Positions 1 through 8,976 of a DNA stretch of 64,000 bases are shown here, one piece after another. The position numbers and the translations under genes are program-made. Origin of the DNA: a bacterium. Lineage in GTDB: Bacteria; Patescibacteriota; Saccharimonadia; UBA4664. The DNA is taken from positions 72,727 to 136,726 of the forward strand of contig CP064960.1 of the NCBI GenBank assembly GCA_016699105.1, in the 5' to 3' direction. The notes below the pieces were generated by a model. The model worked only from the letters and a program-made list of their open reading frames with translations. It ran no database searches and had not been told where the DNA came from. Position 1 is the first letter of the stretch; each line of letters starts with the position of its first letter.

Positions 1-1592
1 GAATGCGGGTAACAGCTAGTGTCGCCAAAAACATGAGAGCAGCTGCCGCTATAAATACTGGTCGTAACGAGTGGCTAAAGGCTTCAACGACGTCATGAGC
101 GAAGTTGTCTTGCTGGACTTTCAGGTTGCCGAGAGTTTGCTCAGCTACAGGTGCGGGCAGATTGTCTACACCACGGGCAGCACCGTCGTTGATGGCCTTT
201 TTAACGTCTGCAGTGTTGAGGTTAAGAGCAGTATCGGAGTTGAGTTCACCCAAGAGTTGTGAGGCAGCTGGTTGGCGTTGCAACAACTGGATATAGGCAC
301 TGTCTTGCAAATTACCTAATTGGGTCGTAATACCGGCCGCCAGCAAACTGCCAAAGACAGCCGTGCCGATAGTCGACCCCAATCCACGGAACAATTGACT
401 GGCTGAAGTGGCGGCGCCCAAGTCGTGCTGTTCAAATTCGTTTTGGACGGCCAAGTTCATGATGGGCATGCCGGCGCCCAGACCAGCACCCGCCAGCAAC
501 ATGAGGATGGCTTCATGCCAATAGGGTGAGCTGGGTGTGAGTATTGTGAGCAATCCAACGGCAATCGTGGCGACACTGAAACCGGTGACGATAGGCCATT
601 TATATTTGCCACTGCGAGTGACATATTGTCCGGTAATAGCCGCGCAGCTGGCTAACCCGACTACCATTGGCAGGATCATGAGCCCAGAAGTAGTCGCATT
701 GGCGCCGAATACTTGCTGATTGAACTGAGTCAGATACAATATTGCGCCTAGGAAAGCGGCACCAAATAAAAGAGCTGCCACCATAATAGTAGTGAAGTTG
801 TGGTTCTTGAAAAATCGTAAGGGAATAATCGGTTCGGCTGCCCGTTTTTCGGCCACCACAAATCCGGTGGCGGTGAGCGCAAATAGCGCAAATAAGCTGG
901 CTTTGATGGCATTCAAACTCCAACCCGCATCGATGACCGAAGCAAAGATTTTGTCGGTATTATCAACAGCCAGGATGAGACTGGCCAGTGATACCGCCAA
1001 CAGTCCGGCACCGAGATAGTCGACTTTCGGCCGCTGTGACTGGCGGGCATTGGGAGCGTACATAGAGATTACGATAAAGCTCAGAATGCCGACTGGAACA
1101 TTGATCCAAAACGTCCAGCGCCAATTGGTGGTGAGACCAGCGATCGTATGCGCATCGGTCAAAAACCCACCAAGTAATGGCCCGATGAGCGAGCTTAAGC
1201 CAAAGACGGCGGCAATCAAACCTTGCCACCGGGCCCGTTCACGCGGCATGAATAAATCGCCGATAATAGTAAACGCGTTGGCGGTAATGATACCCCGCCC
1301 AATCCCTGGAAAGCCCGTGCCCAAATGAGCTGGTCGATGCTGCCGGCCGCACCGCTTAGTAATGATCCGAGGGTAAAATTGCCACACCAATCATAAGCAC
1401 AACCCGGCGTCCGAATTGATCGGACAATTTACCGGCGATGGGGATGGTAACCGTAGTGGTCAGCAAATAAGCGGTGACCACCCAGCTCAATGAAGAAAAG
1501 CTCTTAAATTCTTCGACGATTTTGCCGAGGGCAGTGGCGATGATGGTTTGGTCAAGCGCGACCAGGAACAGTCCACTCATAACGGCGAGCAT
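1..1592 (-). CDS. MFS transporter, DHA2/EmrB-QacA-like drug:H+ antiporter. The N-terminus is intact; downstream the frame is broken by frameshifts. The gene is partial at the window edge.
   Basis: ORF 1356..1592 translates to MSGLFLVALDQTIIATALGKIVEEF...LTTTVTIPIAGKLSDQFGRR, a typical DHA2 N-terminus. Manual retranslation past 1370 continues in another frame (FTLGSLLSGAAGSIDQLIWARAFQGLGG). The plus-strand ORFs 71..262, 105..296 and 1050..1328 are antisense to it. Confidence 0.6.
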
Positions 1593-1647
1593 AACGATTA
1601 TTTTTCACGCTGTGTCATATGGTGCAGCATATTATTCCCTCGAATAG

Positions 1648-1895
1648 TTATAAATTGTCGTTGTCGATGAGTTTGGATAAACCAGTGGCTTGGGCACCTA
1701 AATGCTCCACCAGTTTTTGCGCTTGAGATTCGGTAATGAAGGCCACTGCATTTTGGCTGTCACATAGAGTGCAATCAATTTGTCACCCGTCTGAATATGC
1801 ATAAGTTCGCGGACCTCGGCTGGAATGACTACCTGACCCTTAGGCCCGACACTAACGGTGCCGGCTAAACGAAAGGTGGCATGATGCGGATTCAT
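1648..1895 (-). CDS. AbrB/MazE/SpoVT-type looped-hinge-helix DNA-binding protein. Probable orphan antitoxin-like regulator, with a frameshift near the C-terminus.
   Basis: The sequence GQVVIPAEVRELMHIQTGDKL is the SpoVT/AbrB motif. An alternate frame continues DSQNAVAFITESQAQKLVEHLGAQATGLSKLIDNDNL to a stop at 1648. No MazF/PemK partner is adjacent. Confidence 0.45.
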
Positions 1896-1965
1896 GTTAG
1901 TTATAGTATTACAAGTAATACAAGTAGGTCAACAACGTTACAGTGATTTGTATTCAAAAGTTGAA

Positions 1966-2000
1966 GCCCGGGACCCGAAAATTACTTTCGGGTCCCGGGC
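1966..2000 (-). terminator. Rho-independent terminator hairpin for the 2048..2353 gene.
   Basis: Perfect inverted repeat gcccgggacccgaaa / tttcgggtcccgggc with a 5-nt loop. On the minus strand it is followed by a T-rich run. Confidence 0.5.
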
Positions 2001-2047
2001 TTGTGGAAACACAGGTATATTATATTCCAGTGTAATCGAAGATTTTC

Positions 2048-2353
2048 TTAAAGGTCGTTGTCTTCGTGCTCTTCAACTCTATTCAAGATGAGTCTAGTAG
2101 CAGCGCCTCCAGCCGATGCAGCGATCATCGCGCCAAAGAATGCACCACCACCATCACGGAAAATAATTATAGCTGTACAATACGCAGCCGCAATTGCCAA
2201 CCAGGCAATAGCAACAATTGCGTAACTGAGGCGCAACGTCACCTGTTCGGCCTTGAAATTGGCAATTTCGGCTGCAGTCTGATGTTGGATAGCCATCTCG
2301 CTCGGTTGAGCGGGTTCCATTGAACTGGCGTCACCGTAAGGCGGCTGAGCCAT
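2048..2353 (-). CDS. Hypothetical small membrane protein.
   Basis: 101-aa ORF with two hydrophobic segments (AIVAIAWLAIAAAYCTAIIIF, GAMIAASAGGAA) and the terminator immediately downstream. Confidence 0.4.
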   Translation of the reverse strand: MAQPPYGDASSMEPAQPSEMAIQHQTAAEIANFKAEQVTLRLSYAIVAIAWLAIAAAYCTAIIIFRDGGGAFFGAMIAASAGGAATRLILNRVEEHEDNDL

Positions 2354-2526
2354 TGAATTCTCCGTTCTGTAGCGGGATTGGTTGATTACCTGCGAGATGT
2401 CAAACTGAGCAACGCTTAACGAGTGCGTTACTCAGTACTTATACGATATCTATTTGTCTTAAGCAAGCATGAGCATGTTGTAAGTGGAGCCGGCAAAGAG
2501 AATGCGCTACTTTCGGGAGGTACATC

Positions 2527-2925
2527 GTGTCTTGGGATCATGGTACCTATGGCTGGGAAGAATTCGACGGTTTCTTCAATGCACTAGTTCTACTTGGGGT
2601 TGCCAATGCCGTGACGTCGCACGGACCGACGCGCAGCGTTGGATATGACTTTGGACCTACCGAGCGTCAACTACGACAGGTGACGTTTGTGGGAAGTGAT
2701 GGCGTGAGTATGACATGCCGCGAATACCTCATAGTCGATGACGGTGACTGTGATGGTCGTTCGCGGGTCGGAATCGCTGTTTTCGTAACGGCCAATCCGC
2801 CGGTGCTATGGACGACCGTCCTCGATGGGGGTCACGAATCGTATCCGGGCGTCGACAATAGCAACTTCGAGTTTAACTGGGAGACGCAACAGGCGAGACC
2901 GCTACCGGAGAATGCAGAAGTCTAA
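2527..2925 (+). CDS. Hypothetical protein.
   Basis: 132-aa ORF (GTG start in the track), followed by a hairpin plus T-tract at 2943..2990. Confidence 0.35.
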   Translation: MSWDHGTYGWEEFDGFFNALVLLGVANAVTSHGPTRSVGYDFGPTERQLRQVTFVGSDGVSMTCREYLIVDDGDCDGRSRVGIAVFVTANPPVLWTTVLDGGHESYPGVDNSNFEFNWETQQARPLPENAEV

Positions 2926-2942
2926 CGCCAAGCATCACAATT

Positions 2943-2990
2943 ACACCCGGTTGGATAGAAATTATCCAGCCGGGTGTCTGCATTTTAATA
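2943..2990 (+). terminator. Rho-independent terminator.
   Basis: acacccggttgga...tccagccgggtgt stem, followed by ctgcattttaataatattat. Confidence 0.4.
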
Positions 2991-3162
2991 ATATTATACA
3001 GCCACGTTTGAGCCGATTACTGAACTCCAAGGCATAAACATCTCAGTTGTTAATTAGTTTATACCAAGCCTGTATATAGTTTGGGAGCTCATAAATTCCC
3101 TTATCACCTCCCGTGAATACCAATCGAGAGCATCTGGTGGCTTGGTGGATTTTTAAACTGAT

Positions 3163-3693
3163 ATGATAATGGATATGAAAACTATCTACCTTTTGCGCCA
3201 TGGCCAAAAAGATAGTAATGGCCACCTCACGGCAGCCGGAAAGCAAGCGGCACGGGAATTACAGCCGAAATTGCCTCATTTTAATCAGGTAGTGTCGTCG
3301 AGGTATGCCCGGGCGATGGAATCGGCACAGCTCTTGAGTGGGCAGGATCCGCAGGTCGACGAACGCGCCGGTTACCCGATGGCGCCGCAGGACGTGAGTG
3401 ATGCAATCAACCTACTGGCGAGTCAGAAAGGATCGTCTTTTTTGGAGGCAGCTCATGAATACAACGACGCCATGGTGCTGGCAGACATACATGACCAAGC
3501 CCATGATCTCAACGGCTTAATTGATGAACTCTTGGCGAAAATAGCTGATGGTCAATTTGCATTGGTCGCATCTCATGACATCACGATTGTGCCCGCCATG
3601 ACGCAGCGAGGACTGCCTTTTGTGTCGATTGAGCCATTGGACGGGTATGTGATTCGGCAAGCTGACGAGCACGTAACTGTTGAAAAATTATAA
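3163..3693 (+). CDS. Histidine phosphatase family protein (phosphoglycerate mutase-like).
   Basis: The N-terminal KTIYLLRHGQ matches the RHG catalytic motif of the histidine phosphatase superfamily. 176-aa ORF. Confidence 0.6.
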   Translation: MIMDMKTIYLLRHGQKDSNGHLTAAGKQAARELQPKLPHFNQVVSSRYARAMESAQLLSGQDPQVDERAGYPMAPQDVSDAINLLASQKGSSFLEAAHEYNDAMVLADIHDQAHDLNGLIDELLAKIADGQFALVASHDITIVPAMTQRGLPFVSIEPLDGYVIRQADEHVTVEKL

Positions 3694-3794
3694 AGCAACC
3701 CCGGATCGGAGGCGCATGGCCATTATTAGAAATTCAGGGTAGTCCCATCCCGACGCGTGTAGCACCGGGATGGGATCGGTTGACATGTGTTGCC

Positions 3795-4712
3795 CTAGAT
3801 AGCCGCCGACCAGATGTGCGGCCATAGCCTGATGAATATGATTGTCAGATAGACAAGTGCTGCAATTATAAGCCGAGTAGTTCTTAGAGAAAGAATATAA
3901 CTCATCGCTTGTTCGCTCGTGTGGCCGGTTTTCACTCGACGGGTATAGATTTCGAGCATTAGTCGCTGAGAGGGAACGGCCGTGAACAGGGTGAGCAGCG
4001 GAAAGAACCCGCGTTTCTGGAGCCAAAGACTGTAGAGGGCACTCGCTTGCCAACGTTGGCGAGAACTCCAATCCTCGGACCCGGCCATAAACGTCAGGAT
4101 AGCCAATGCTGGTCCATCGGCGCCTGATGCACGTCGTTGTCGGTGACGACCAAAGCGGCGGCGGATAACCAATAGGGCCAGGCCGGCAGCGAGCAGTCCC
4201 AAACTCAGCCATCGCGGAAGTTCATGACCGATCCAACCTACCAAGTAGAGAGGGCCAAGCGCCACGATGTGTCCGAATAACGCTAGCAGCAGCCAATATG
4301 GTAGCGATGTCACCAAAAACAATCCAATGCCTGAAGCCCAGATACGCGTGTCGTTCAGGCGACTAAACTGAATCGTGAAGGAGCCAACGGGGGCAGACGG
4401 CAAATGACGCGTAAACCAGGAGCCGGCGACAATCTGCCGAGCCTTGGTTGCGGTGATATGAGGAGTAATGTACATCTGCATGGAAGCGATTGCCTGACAT
4501 GCCCATACGGCACACAGAACTGCGGCTGGAAAACCGAGGATAATGTGAAAGCCTATCCTATACAGCTCTGGCTGGGTAGTTTCCGGAACCCAGCGCAAGT
4601 GGTGACCAGCAACAACCGCACTCGTGCGCAGGAACTGGTAGAGCGCCCACACGAGCGTCAACATGGATAGAACTGCATACCGAGGGCTTAATGAGATTGC
4701 ACGTCGGGCCAT
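3795..4712 (-). CDS. Hypothetical polytopic membrane protein (Trp-rich).
   Basis: 305-aa ORF with at least 7 hydrophobic helices and no recognisable family. Confidence 0.4.
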   Translation of the reverse strand: MARRAISLSPRYAVLSMLTLVWALYQFLRTSAVVAGHHLRWVPETTQPELYRIGFHIILGFPAAVLCAVWACQAIASMQMYITPHITATKARQIVAGSWFTRHLPSAPVGSFTIQFSRLNDTRIWASGIGLFLVTSLPYWLLLALFGHIVALGPLYLVGWIGHELPRWLSLGLLAAGLALLVIRRRFGRHRQRRASGADGPALAILTFMAGSEDWSSRQRWQASALYSLWLQKRGFFPLLTLFTAVPSQRLMLEIYTRRVKTGHTSEQAMSYILSLRTTRLIIAALVYLTIIFIRLWPHIWSAAI

Positions 4713-5001
4713 GAAGGCTCCTTAGTGTTTAGGCCCGGCAGGGCGAACGAAATGTCAACGATACGACGCCCAACATAACGTCATTGGGCGTTCTATTTTA
4801 TACCAATTATGAATCTATAAATCAATGAATGAAAATAAAATACGTTTTCAGCTATTACACGTATAATCTAGCGTTCGCCATACACTTTTTAGCTTCTGCG
4901 GTTTTGCGCTCCATTTCGGATTGCTCTTCTACAATCTTATATGGTGCATGAACGTCTAAAAACCAAAAGAAGCCCTGAACGTGAGAGTTCAGAACTTCTT
5001 T

Positions 5002-5079
<78 letters not shown>

Positions 5080-5176
5080 ACAGGGGTATGAAAAATACTA
5101 TCGTACTCTACCCTATTTTTAGTAATAAATCTAGACCTGATAGGAGTATAGCCGTATAATGATACGGATCACACAT

Positions 5177-5253
5177 CGGGGTGTGGCGCAGTTGGCTAGC
5201 GCGCCTGCTTTGGGAGCAGGAGGTCGAAGGTTCGAGTCCTTTCACCCCGACCA
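5177..5253 (+). tRNA. tRNA-Pro (TGG anticodon), CCA encoded.
   Basis: CGGGGTG-TG-GCGC-AGTTGGCTA-GCGC-G-CCTGC-TTTGGGA-GCAGG-AGGTC-GAAGG-TTCGAGT-CCTTT-CACCCCG-A-CCA. The acceptor stem is perfect. Confidence 0.85.
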
Positions 5254-5388
5254 GTGATTATTTTATTGATTTTTCCTATTATAATTGTATAGTGTATTTT
5301 AGTACCAGCTGGGAGGCGAGATTATTGAGGGTTGTAGCCTCGTTCCTCGGCTGGTACTTATTGCTCATTTAAAAATTACTCGTTCAAT

Positions 5389-5778
5389 TTGGCTGAGGAG
5401 AAGAGGTGTCCCGTGCTGGTCGTGTTGGCGTTGGGGTTTGTGGTTGTGAGTACTCTATTCAATGGCTGGGTTCTGCAGGTGATGTGGAACTGGTTCATGC
5501 CTGAGATTTTTCCGGCTCTGCCCAGCTTGTCATTGGCTGAAGCTTTTGGACTGTCACTAGTAGTGGCAGCTATGATGACTGCCGACTCGAGTGATGATGA
5601 TGAGGATGTCGTCGATTGGCTGATTCGTCTTGTCATTTGGGGCTTTGGCCGCGGATTGATCCTGCTGATCGTCGGTTTTTTTCGTTCACGCAGCCATTGT
5701 TTGAGTAGTTTTACGGTGCTTCGGCACCACTGCCCCCGGCGAAGCATGTGCTTCAAAGGGGGCATCACCATTTTTTAA
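5389..5778 (+). CDS. Hypothetical small membrane protein with an acidic (SSDDDED) loop.
   Basis: 129-aa ORF with three hydrophobic segments. An overlapping antisense ORF 5376..5771 is judged less protein-like. Confidence 0.3.
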   Translation: MAEEKRCPVLVVLALGFVVVSTLFNGWVLQVMWNWFMPEIFPALPSLSLAEAFGLSLVVAAMMTADSSDDDEDVVDWLIRLVIWGFGRGLILLIVGFFRSRSHCLSSFTVLRHHCPRRSMCFKGGITIF

Positions 5779-5920
5779 AGGCGTGGCCTGGGGCAATTTA
5801 ACTACCCCAAGCCACGCCCATGTGCGTGCGGTTACTTCTACTCCGAGATTGATTCGTGCCAGCCTTGAGTGATTAGCCCATGTTACCTCCTCCATATGCC
5901 GGAAGTCACCACAGCTATTT

Positions 5921-6552
5921 TTAACTGCGGTCGATGTAGCCGATGAATCGCCAACCGCGATACAAGGCGCGATTGGAGCCTGAAAGGTCGCCGTCCATGC
6001 CAAAGCCGATTAAGTACAGCTTGGGGTCGACATTGTCGAAGCCAATGAAATTCAAAAGTGGCTCGACTGCATGCCGGACGGTTTCAGTGGCGGCTCCCCG
6101 TTTGTAGCAGCCAACCAGAAAATCTAGCGACATGTACGCGATGCTCTGCGACTTAAACTGTTGCTTGATTGCGAGCAACGTCAACAGACTATCACCGACA
6201 TCGTCAACAATGATGACGTGCTTACGAGATAGGTCGACTGGCAATTCGTCAAAATTCAACACCACGTGGCCACTGGTGTGTAACGCGCCAGCTTCGTAAC
6301 TGCTGGCATGAATGGTCGTCATTTCGACGTTGCGAGATGGATTGAGGGCCCGCATCAAATCAACAGTTAAAATAATGCACCAGTGCGTACACCCATCAGC
6401 ATGATGTCGCCTGTGGGATAGCGGTGTTCGATAGCTGCCGCAAGCTCCTGAACCATCCGTCGGCAAGCAACTTCATCGGCGAGCACATGAACTCTTGGGT
6501 CATCGAGTGGGTTGGCAGAATGTGTCGTGGGTACGAGCGAAGTAGGCGCCAT
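5921..6552 (-). CDS. hpt: Hypoxanthine-guanine phosphoribosyltransferase, split by one frameshift near 6380..6420.
   Basis: The N-terminal piece (ORF 6367..6552) reads DDPRVHVLADEVACRRMVQELAAAIEHRYPTGDIMLMGVRTGALF. The downstream frame carries the PRPP-binding motif VIIVDDVGDSLLTLL and C-terminal YLIGFGMDGDL. This is the typical 6-oxopurine PRTase layout. Confidence 0.7.
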
Positions 6553-6609
6553 GGCGTTAGGTTAGCGAAATTTTTACATGGGCGCAAGATGAGGGTCATG
6601 AATTGATGA

Positions 6610-6644
6610 TTGACATTTTATAATACTTATGTTAATATAGCTCA
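6610..6644 (+). promoter_or_regulatory. Sigma70-like promoter: ttgaca, 17-nt spacer, taatat.
   Basis: ttgacattttataatacttatgttaatat lies upstream of the GC-rich small ORF. A structured leader with two short hairpins follows. Confidence 0.35.
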
Positions 6645-6710
6645 CATCACAACAACCGCGTTGTGTGTACACCCATACCCTCTTCGTGAGGGTAAGTGAA
6701 GGAGCCAGAA

Positions 6711-6899
6711 ATGGCTGGAACCTTTGGCCACATGACCCCGCGGGTCGACGCACCGCTGCCGAGGCTCGTCAGGCGGAGAGCGACAAGCTCGCCCAAGCAG
6801 CGCCTGGCACGGCTCGACGAGCGCCTCGGCGCCGGCGTGGGTGCCAAGCAGGAGCGGGCCAGGTTGGCTCGGATGGCTGCGAAGGCCAAGAAGGCCTGA
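6711..6899 (+). CDS. Small basic hypothetical protein (62 aa) in a high-GC islet.
   Basis: The gaaggag RBS sits 7 nt before the ATG. The sequence MAGTFGHMTPRVDAPLPRLVRRRATSSPKQRLARLDERLGAGVGAKQERARLARMAAKAKKA is Arg/Ala-rich. A terminator hairpin follows at 6923..6950. Confidence 0.35.
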   Translation: MAGTFGHMTPRVDAPLPRLVRRRATSSPKQRLARLDERLGAGVGAKQERARLARMAAKAKKA

Positions 6900-6922
6900 C
6901 CATCGCTCCACCGCAACACCCC

Positions 6923-6960
6923 GTCCCCGGTGACTTCGGTCACCGGGGACACCTCATTTA
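6923..6960 (+). terminator. Rho-independent terminator.
   Basis: gtccccggtgac-ttcg-gtcaccggggac, a perfect 12-bp stem, followed by ctcatttatgctc. Confidence 0.45.
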
Positions 6961-7014
6961 TGCTCAACAACAGTTAATTATCTGATATAATAACGTTTAC
7001 AAATTCCGAGCTGC

Positions 7015-7089
7015 GCGGGTATCGCACAACGGCTAGTGTATCTGCCTTCCAAGCAGAGGATGTGGGTTCGATTCCCGCTACCCGCACCA
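7015..7089 (+). tRNA. tRNA-Gly (TCC anticodon), CCA encoded.
   Basis: GCGGGTA...CTGCCTTCCAAGCAG...TTCGATTCCCGC-TACCCGC-A-CCA. The acceptor stem GCGGGTA/TACCCGC is perfect. Confidence 0.75.
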
Positions 7090-7102
7090 AGGAATTATCT
7101 TT

Positions 7103-7179
7103 GCCCCTGTAGCTCAGCTGGATAGAGCAGTGGACTTCTAAGCCAATGGTCGCAGGTTCGGAATCCTGCCGGGGCACCA
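7103..7179 (+). tRNA. tRNA-Arg (TCT anticodon)-like. The anticodon and acceptor stems have mismatches, so it may be a hybrid or damaged tRNA, or contain sequence errors.
   Basis: GCCCCTG-TA-GCTCAGCTGGATAGAGC-A-GTGGA-CTTCTAA-GCCAA-TGGTC-GCAGGTTCGGAATCCTGC-CGGGGC-A-CCA. It closely parallels tRNA-Arg(UCU) from E. coli (as recalled) and B. subtilis, but only 3 of 5 anticodon-stem pairs are Watson-Crick. Its 3-prime half is duplicated at 7800. Confidence 0.55.
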
Positions 7180-7208
7180 GGAATTATTTATTTGACCGTC
7201 GTTTTGAG
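7142..7208 (+). repeat. Direct repeat copy 1: the tRNA-Arg 3-prime half plus 29 nt of downstream sequence (attL-like).
   Basis: gccaatggtcgcaggttcggaatcctgccggggcaccaggaattatttatttgaccgtcgttttgag recurs at 7800..7865 with 1 deletion and 1 substitution. Weaker similarity continues for about 12 nt beyond. Confidence 0.75.
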
Positions 7209-7370
7209 TTGGTGGCCGGTATTTCAAATTAGAAGCGATAATAAACGTGACAATGTTTATTGATAAATTCCCTAGTTTTGTTTTGATCTACTCCGCTTTC
7301 TGCTAAGAGAAATTGTATAAATTGCTGCAAGCAAGTTCCATTAATCTAAGCATTGGTGTTGTATTGATCA

Positions 7371-7775
7371 CTATTGAACCGCGAGACCCACTGCTAATAA
7401 TATTTCCCCATCAGCACTTATGATCAAAAAATTAAAACTCGAATACTGGTGTGACAATGAATTTCTTAGGTTCCAAAGATTTTTAGCATCGTCTTGACTC
7501 AACTCAAAAATCAACGGCCGACTCCATAAAATATTTACTATTACTACCTGGACGCGTTTTTTATATTTAATCCTGATCACTAAATCGACCGCAGTGCAGA
7601 ATAGCAAGGGCGCTGCGAGTAATGGACGCGGCATAATTGGGTTAATTTGAGCACTATGATTGAATAAAATATCTTTCTTGAGCTGTAGTAGCACGCTTCT
7701 GCGTTTTAATACTCCACTGTATACATTTTCAAGCTCTTCGATACATAATTCACGTAAAAGCTGCTCTTGTAGCAT
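7371..7775 (-). CDS. Hypothetical ORF inside the AT-rich insert between the tRNA-Arg repeats.
   Basis: 134-aa ORF in an approximately 35% GC segment. No integrase motifs were recognised. Confidence 0.25.
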   Translation of the reverse strand: MLQEQLLRELCIEELENVYSGVLKRRSVLLQLKKDILFNHSAQINPIMPRPLLAAPLLFCTAVDLVIRIKYKKRVQVVIVNILWSRPLIFELSQDDAKNLWNLRNSLSHQYSSFNFLIISADGEILLAVGLAVQ

Positions 7776-7799
7776 ATAAGTAATAGCTTATTTAATTTG

Positions 7800-7865
7800 G
7801 CCAATGGTCGCAGGTTCGAATCCTGCCGGGGCACCAGTAATTATTTATTTGACCGTCGTTTTGAG
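7800..7865 (+). repeat. Direct repeat copy 2: an orphan tRNA-Arg 3-prime fragment (attR-like) that also covers the hup stop codon.
   Basis: See copy 1. The fragment begins exactly at the 3-prime strand of the anticodon stem. Confidence 0.75.
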
Positions 7866-8116
7866 GCGGTTGCCAGGTCGGAATTGGACGAGTGTCATCG
7901 CCGGGATGGTGATGGGGCTCCGGTGCGAGGATCGACACCTTTGCGGGCGGCCCGATTGCTGGTATCAAAGGTGCCAAAGCCGGAAATACTGACGCGTTCG
8001 CCCGCTGCCACTGTGCGCTCGATTATACCGAGAAGCGTATTGAGGGTGCGCTCACTTTGGCGTTTGGTCAGGTTCGATTCGGTGGCGAGTAATTCGATGA
8101 GTTGTTGTTTGGTCAT
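7845..8116 (-). CDS. hup: HU/IHF-family DNA-binding protein, with a frameshift near 7900.
   Basis: MTKQQLIELLATESNLTKRQSERTLNTLLGIIERTVAAGERVSISGFGTFDTSNRAARKGVDPRTG matches HU. The C-terminus ITIPAMTLVQFRPGNRLKTTVK is in another frame and ends at a TAA stop (7845..7847) inside the repeat. Confidence 0.7.
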
Positions 8117-8913
8117 GGTGAGACTAATTGTATGACTTGCTCAATGGCGGTGGCAAGGCCAGACTTGGTGTCAACCGTGATGATTACGCCACATAATTGG
8201 CGAGTACCGTCGGTTTCGAGCTCATTGCGGCTGCGGTCGCCGCTGAGCCAACGTCGCGTGATAATGTCGGTTTTGATACCAAGGCAAGAATCGCGAGAAC
8301 CAACCATGCCAACGTCGGTGATATGCGCCGTGCCGAGTGGCAGTACCCGAGCATCGGCTGTCGGGATATGCCAGTGATCACCGATTACGGCCGTGACGCG
8401 ACCGTCTAAATATTGGCCAATGACGTACTTTTCGGAGGAATAGTCACCGTGAAGATTGACGACGGTAGCAATGCGAGCTTGGTTTTTGGTGTCTTCAAGG
8501 ATTGCGTCGACGGTGACGAGCGGATTGTCTAAATTTTCGGGCTGACGGTAGCCAACTGTTTGGCCGAGTAAGCTGATAACGAGCACTTTGCCGAAGGGCG
8601 TATCAACAAATTTGTATCCGCGACCAGTCGTACCAGCGGGATAATTGGCGGGCCGCACGAGCGGCTTGGCTGGATCTTCGAGCCACGGATAAATTTCAGG
8701 CCGGTGCAACGTCCAATCGCCACCTGTAAGGGCAGTAACGCCAGTATCGAGCATGGCTTGGGCGTGAGTTGGCAGGAGTCCTTTGCCATGAGAGGTTTTC
8801 TCCTGGGCAACCACCACATCAATACCCTGCTCGGCTATCAAACCAGGTAGGAGCTGTTGGACGGTTTCGCGGCCAGGCCGCCCCATGATATCGCCAAGAT
8901 AAAGTAGTTTCAT
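8113..8913 (-). CDS. ymdB: YmdB-like metallophosphoesterase (2',3'-cyclic-nucleotide phosphodiesterase family).
   Basis: The N-terminal MKLLYLGDIMGRPGR and GDHWH/NLHGDYSSEK motifs match the TIGR00282 calcineurin-like family. It overlaps hup by 4 nt. Confidence 0.7.
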   Translation of the reverse strand: MKLLYLGDIMGRPGRETVQQLLPGLIAEQGIDVVVAQEKTSHGKGLLPTHAQAMLDTGVTALTGGDWTLHRPEIYPWLEDPAKPLVRPANYPAGTTGRGYKFVDTPFGKVLVISLLGQTVGYRQPENLDNPLVTVDAILEDTKNQARIATVVNLHGDYSSEKYVIGQYLDGRVTAVIGDHWHIPTADARVLPLGTAHITDVGMVGSRDSCLGIKTDIITRRWLSGDRSRNELETDGTRQLCGVIITVDTKSGLATAIEQVIQLVSP

Positions 8914-8976
8914 AATTAATATAGTTATACCATAAATGGTGCGCCCCGGACAACACGAGTTGTCCGGGGCATGGTG

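Noticed and set aside
71-1328. Plus-strand ORFs 71..262, 105..296, 537..719, 792..1019 and 1050..1328.
   Set aside because: All are antisense to the MFS transporter gene and have biased low-complexity composition.
3688-4212. 174-aa minus-strand ORF.
   Set aside because: It overlaps the longer 305-aa membrane-protein ORF in another frame. It is judged a frame artefact.
4745-4790. Hairpin acgcccaa...ttgggcgt followed by tctatttta.
   Set aside because: It is terminator-like but has no plus-strand gene upstream to terminate, and no T-tract for the minus-strand gene. It is likely incidental or part of a promoter region.
5270-5370. Imperfect inverted repeat gtaccagctgggaggcgag ... ctcgttcctcggctggtac after tRNA-Pro.
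   Set aside because: The stem has several mismatches. It could be a terminator or att remnant, but the evidence is too weak to call.
6974-7177. 67-aa minus-strand ORF.
   Set aside because: It lies entirely across tRNA-Gly and tRNA-Arg.
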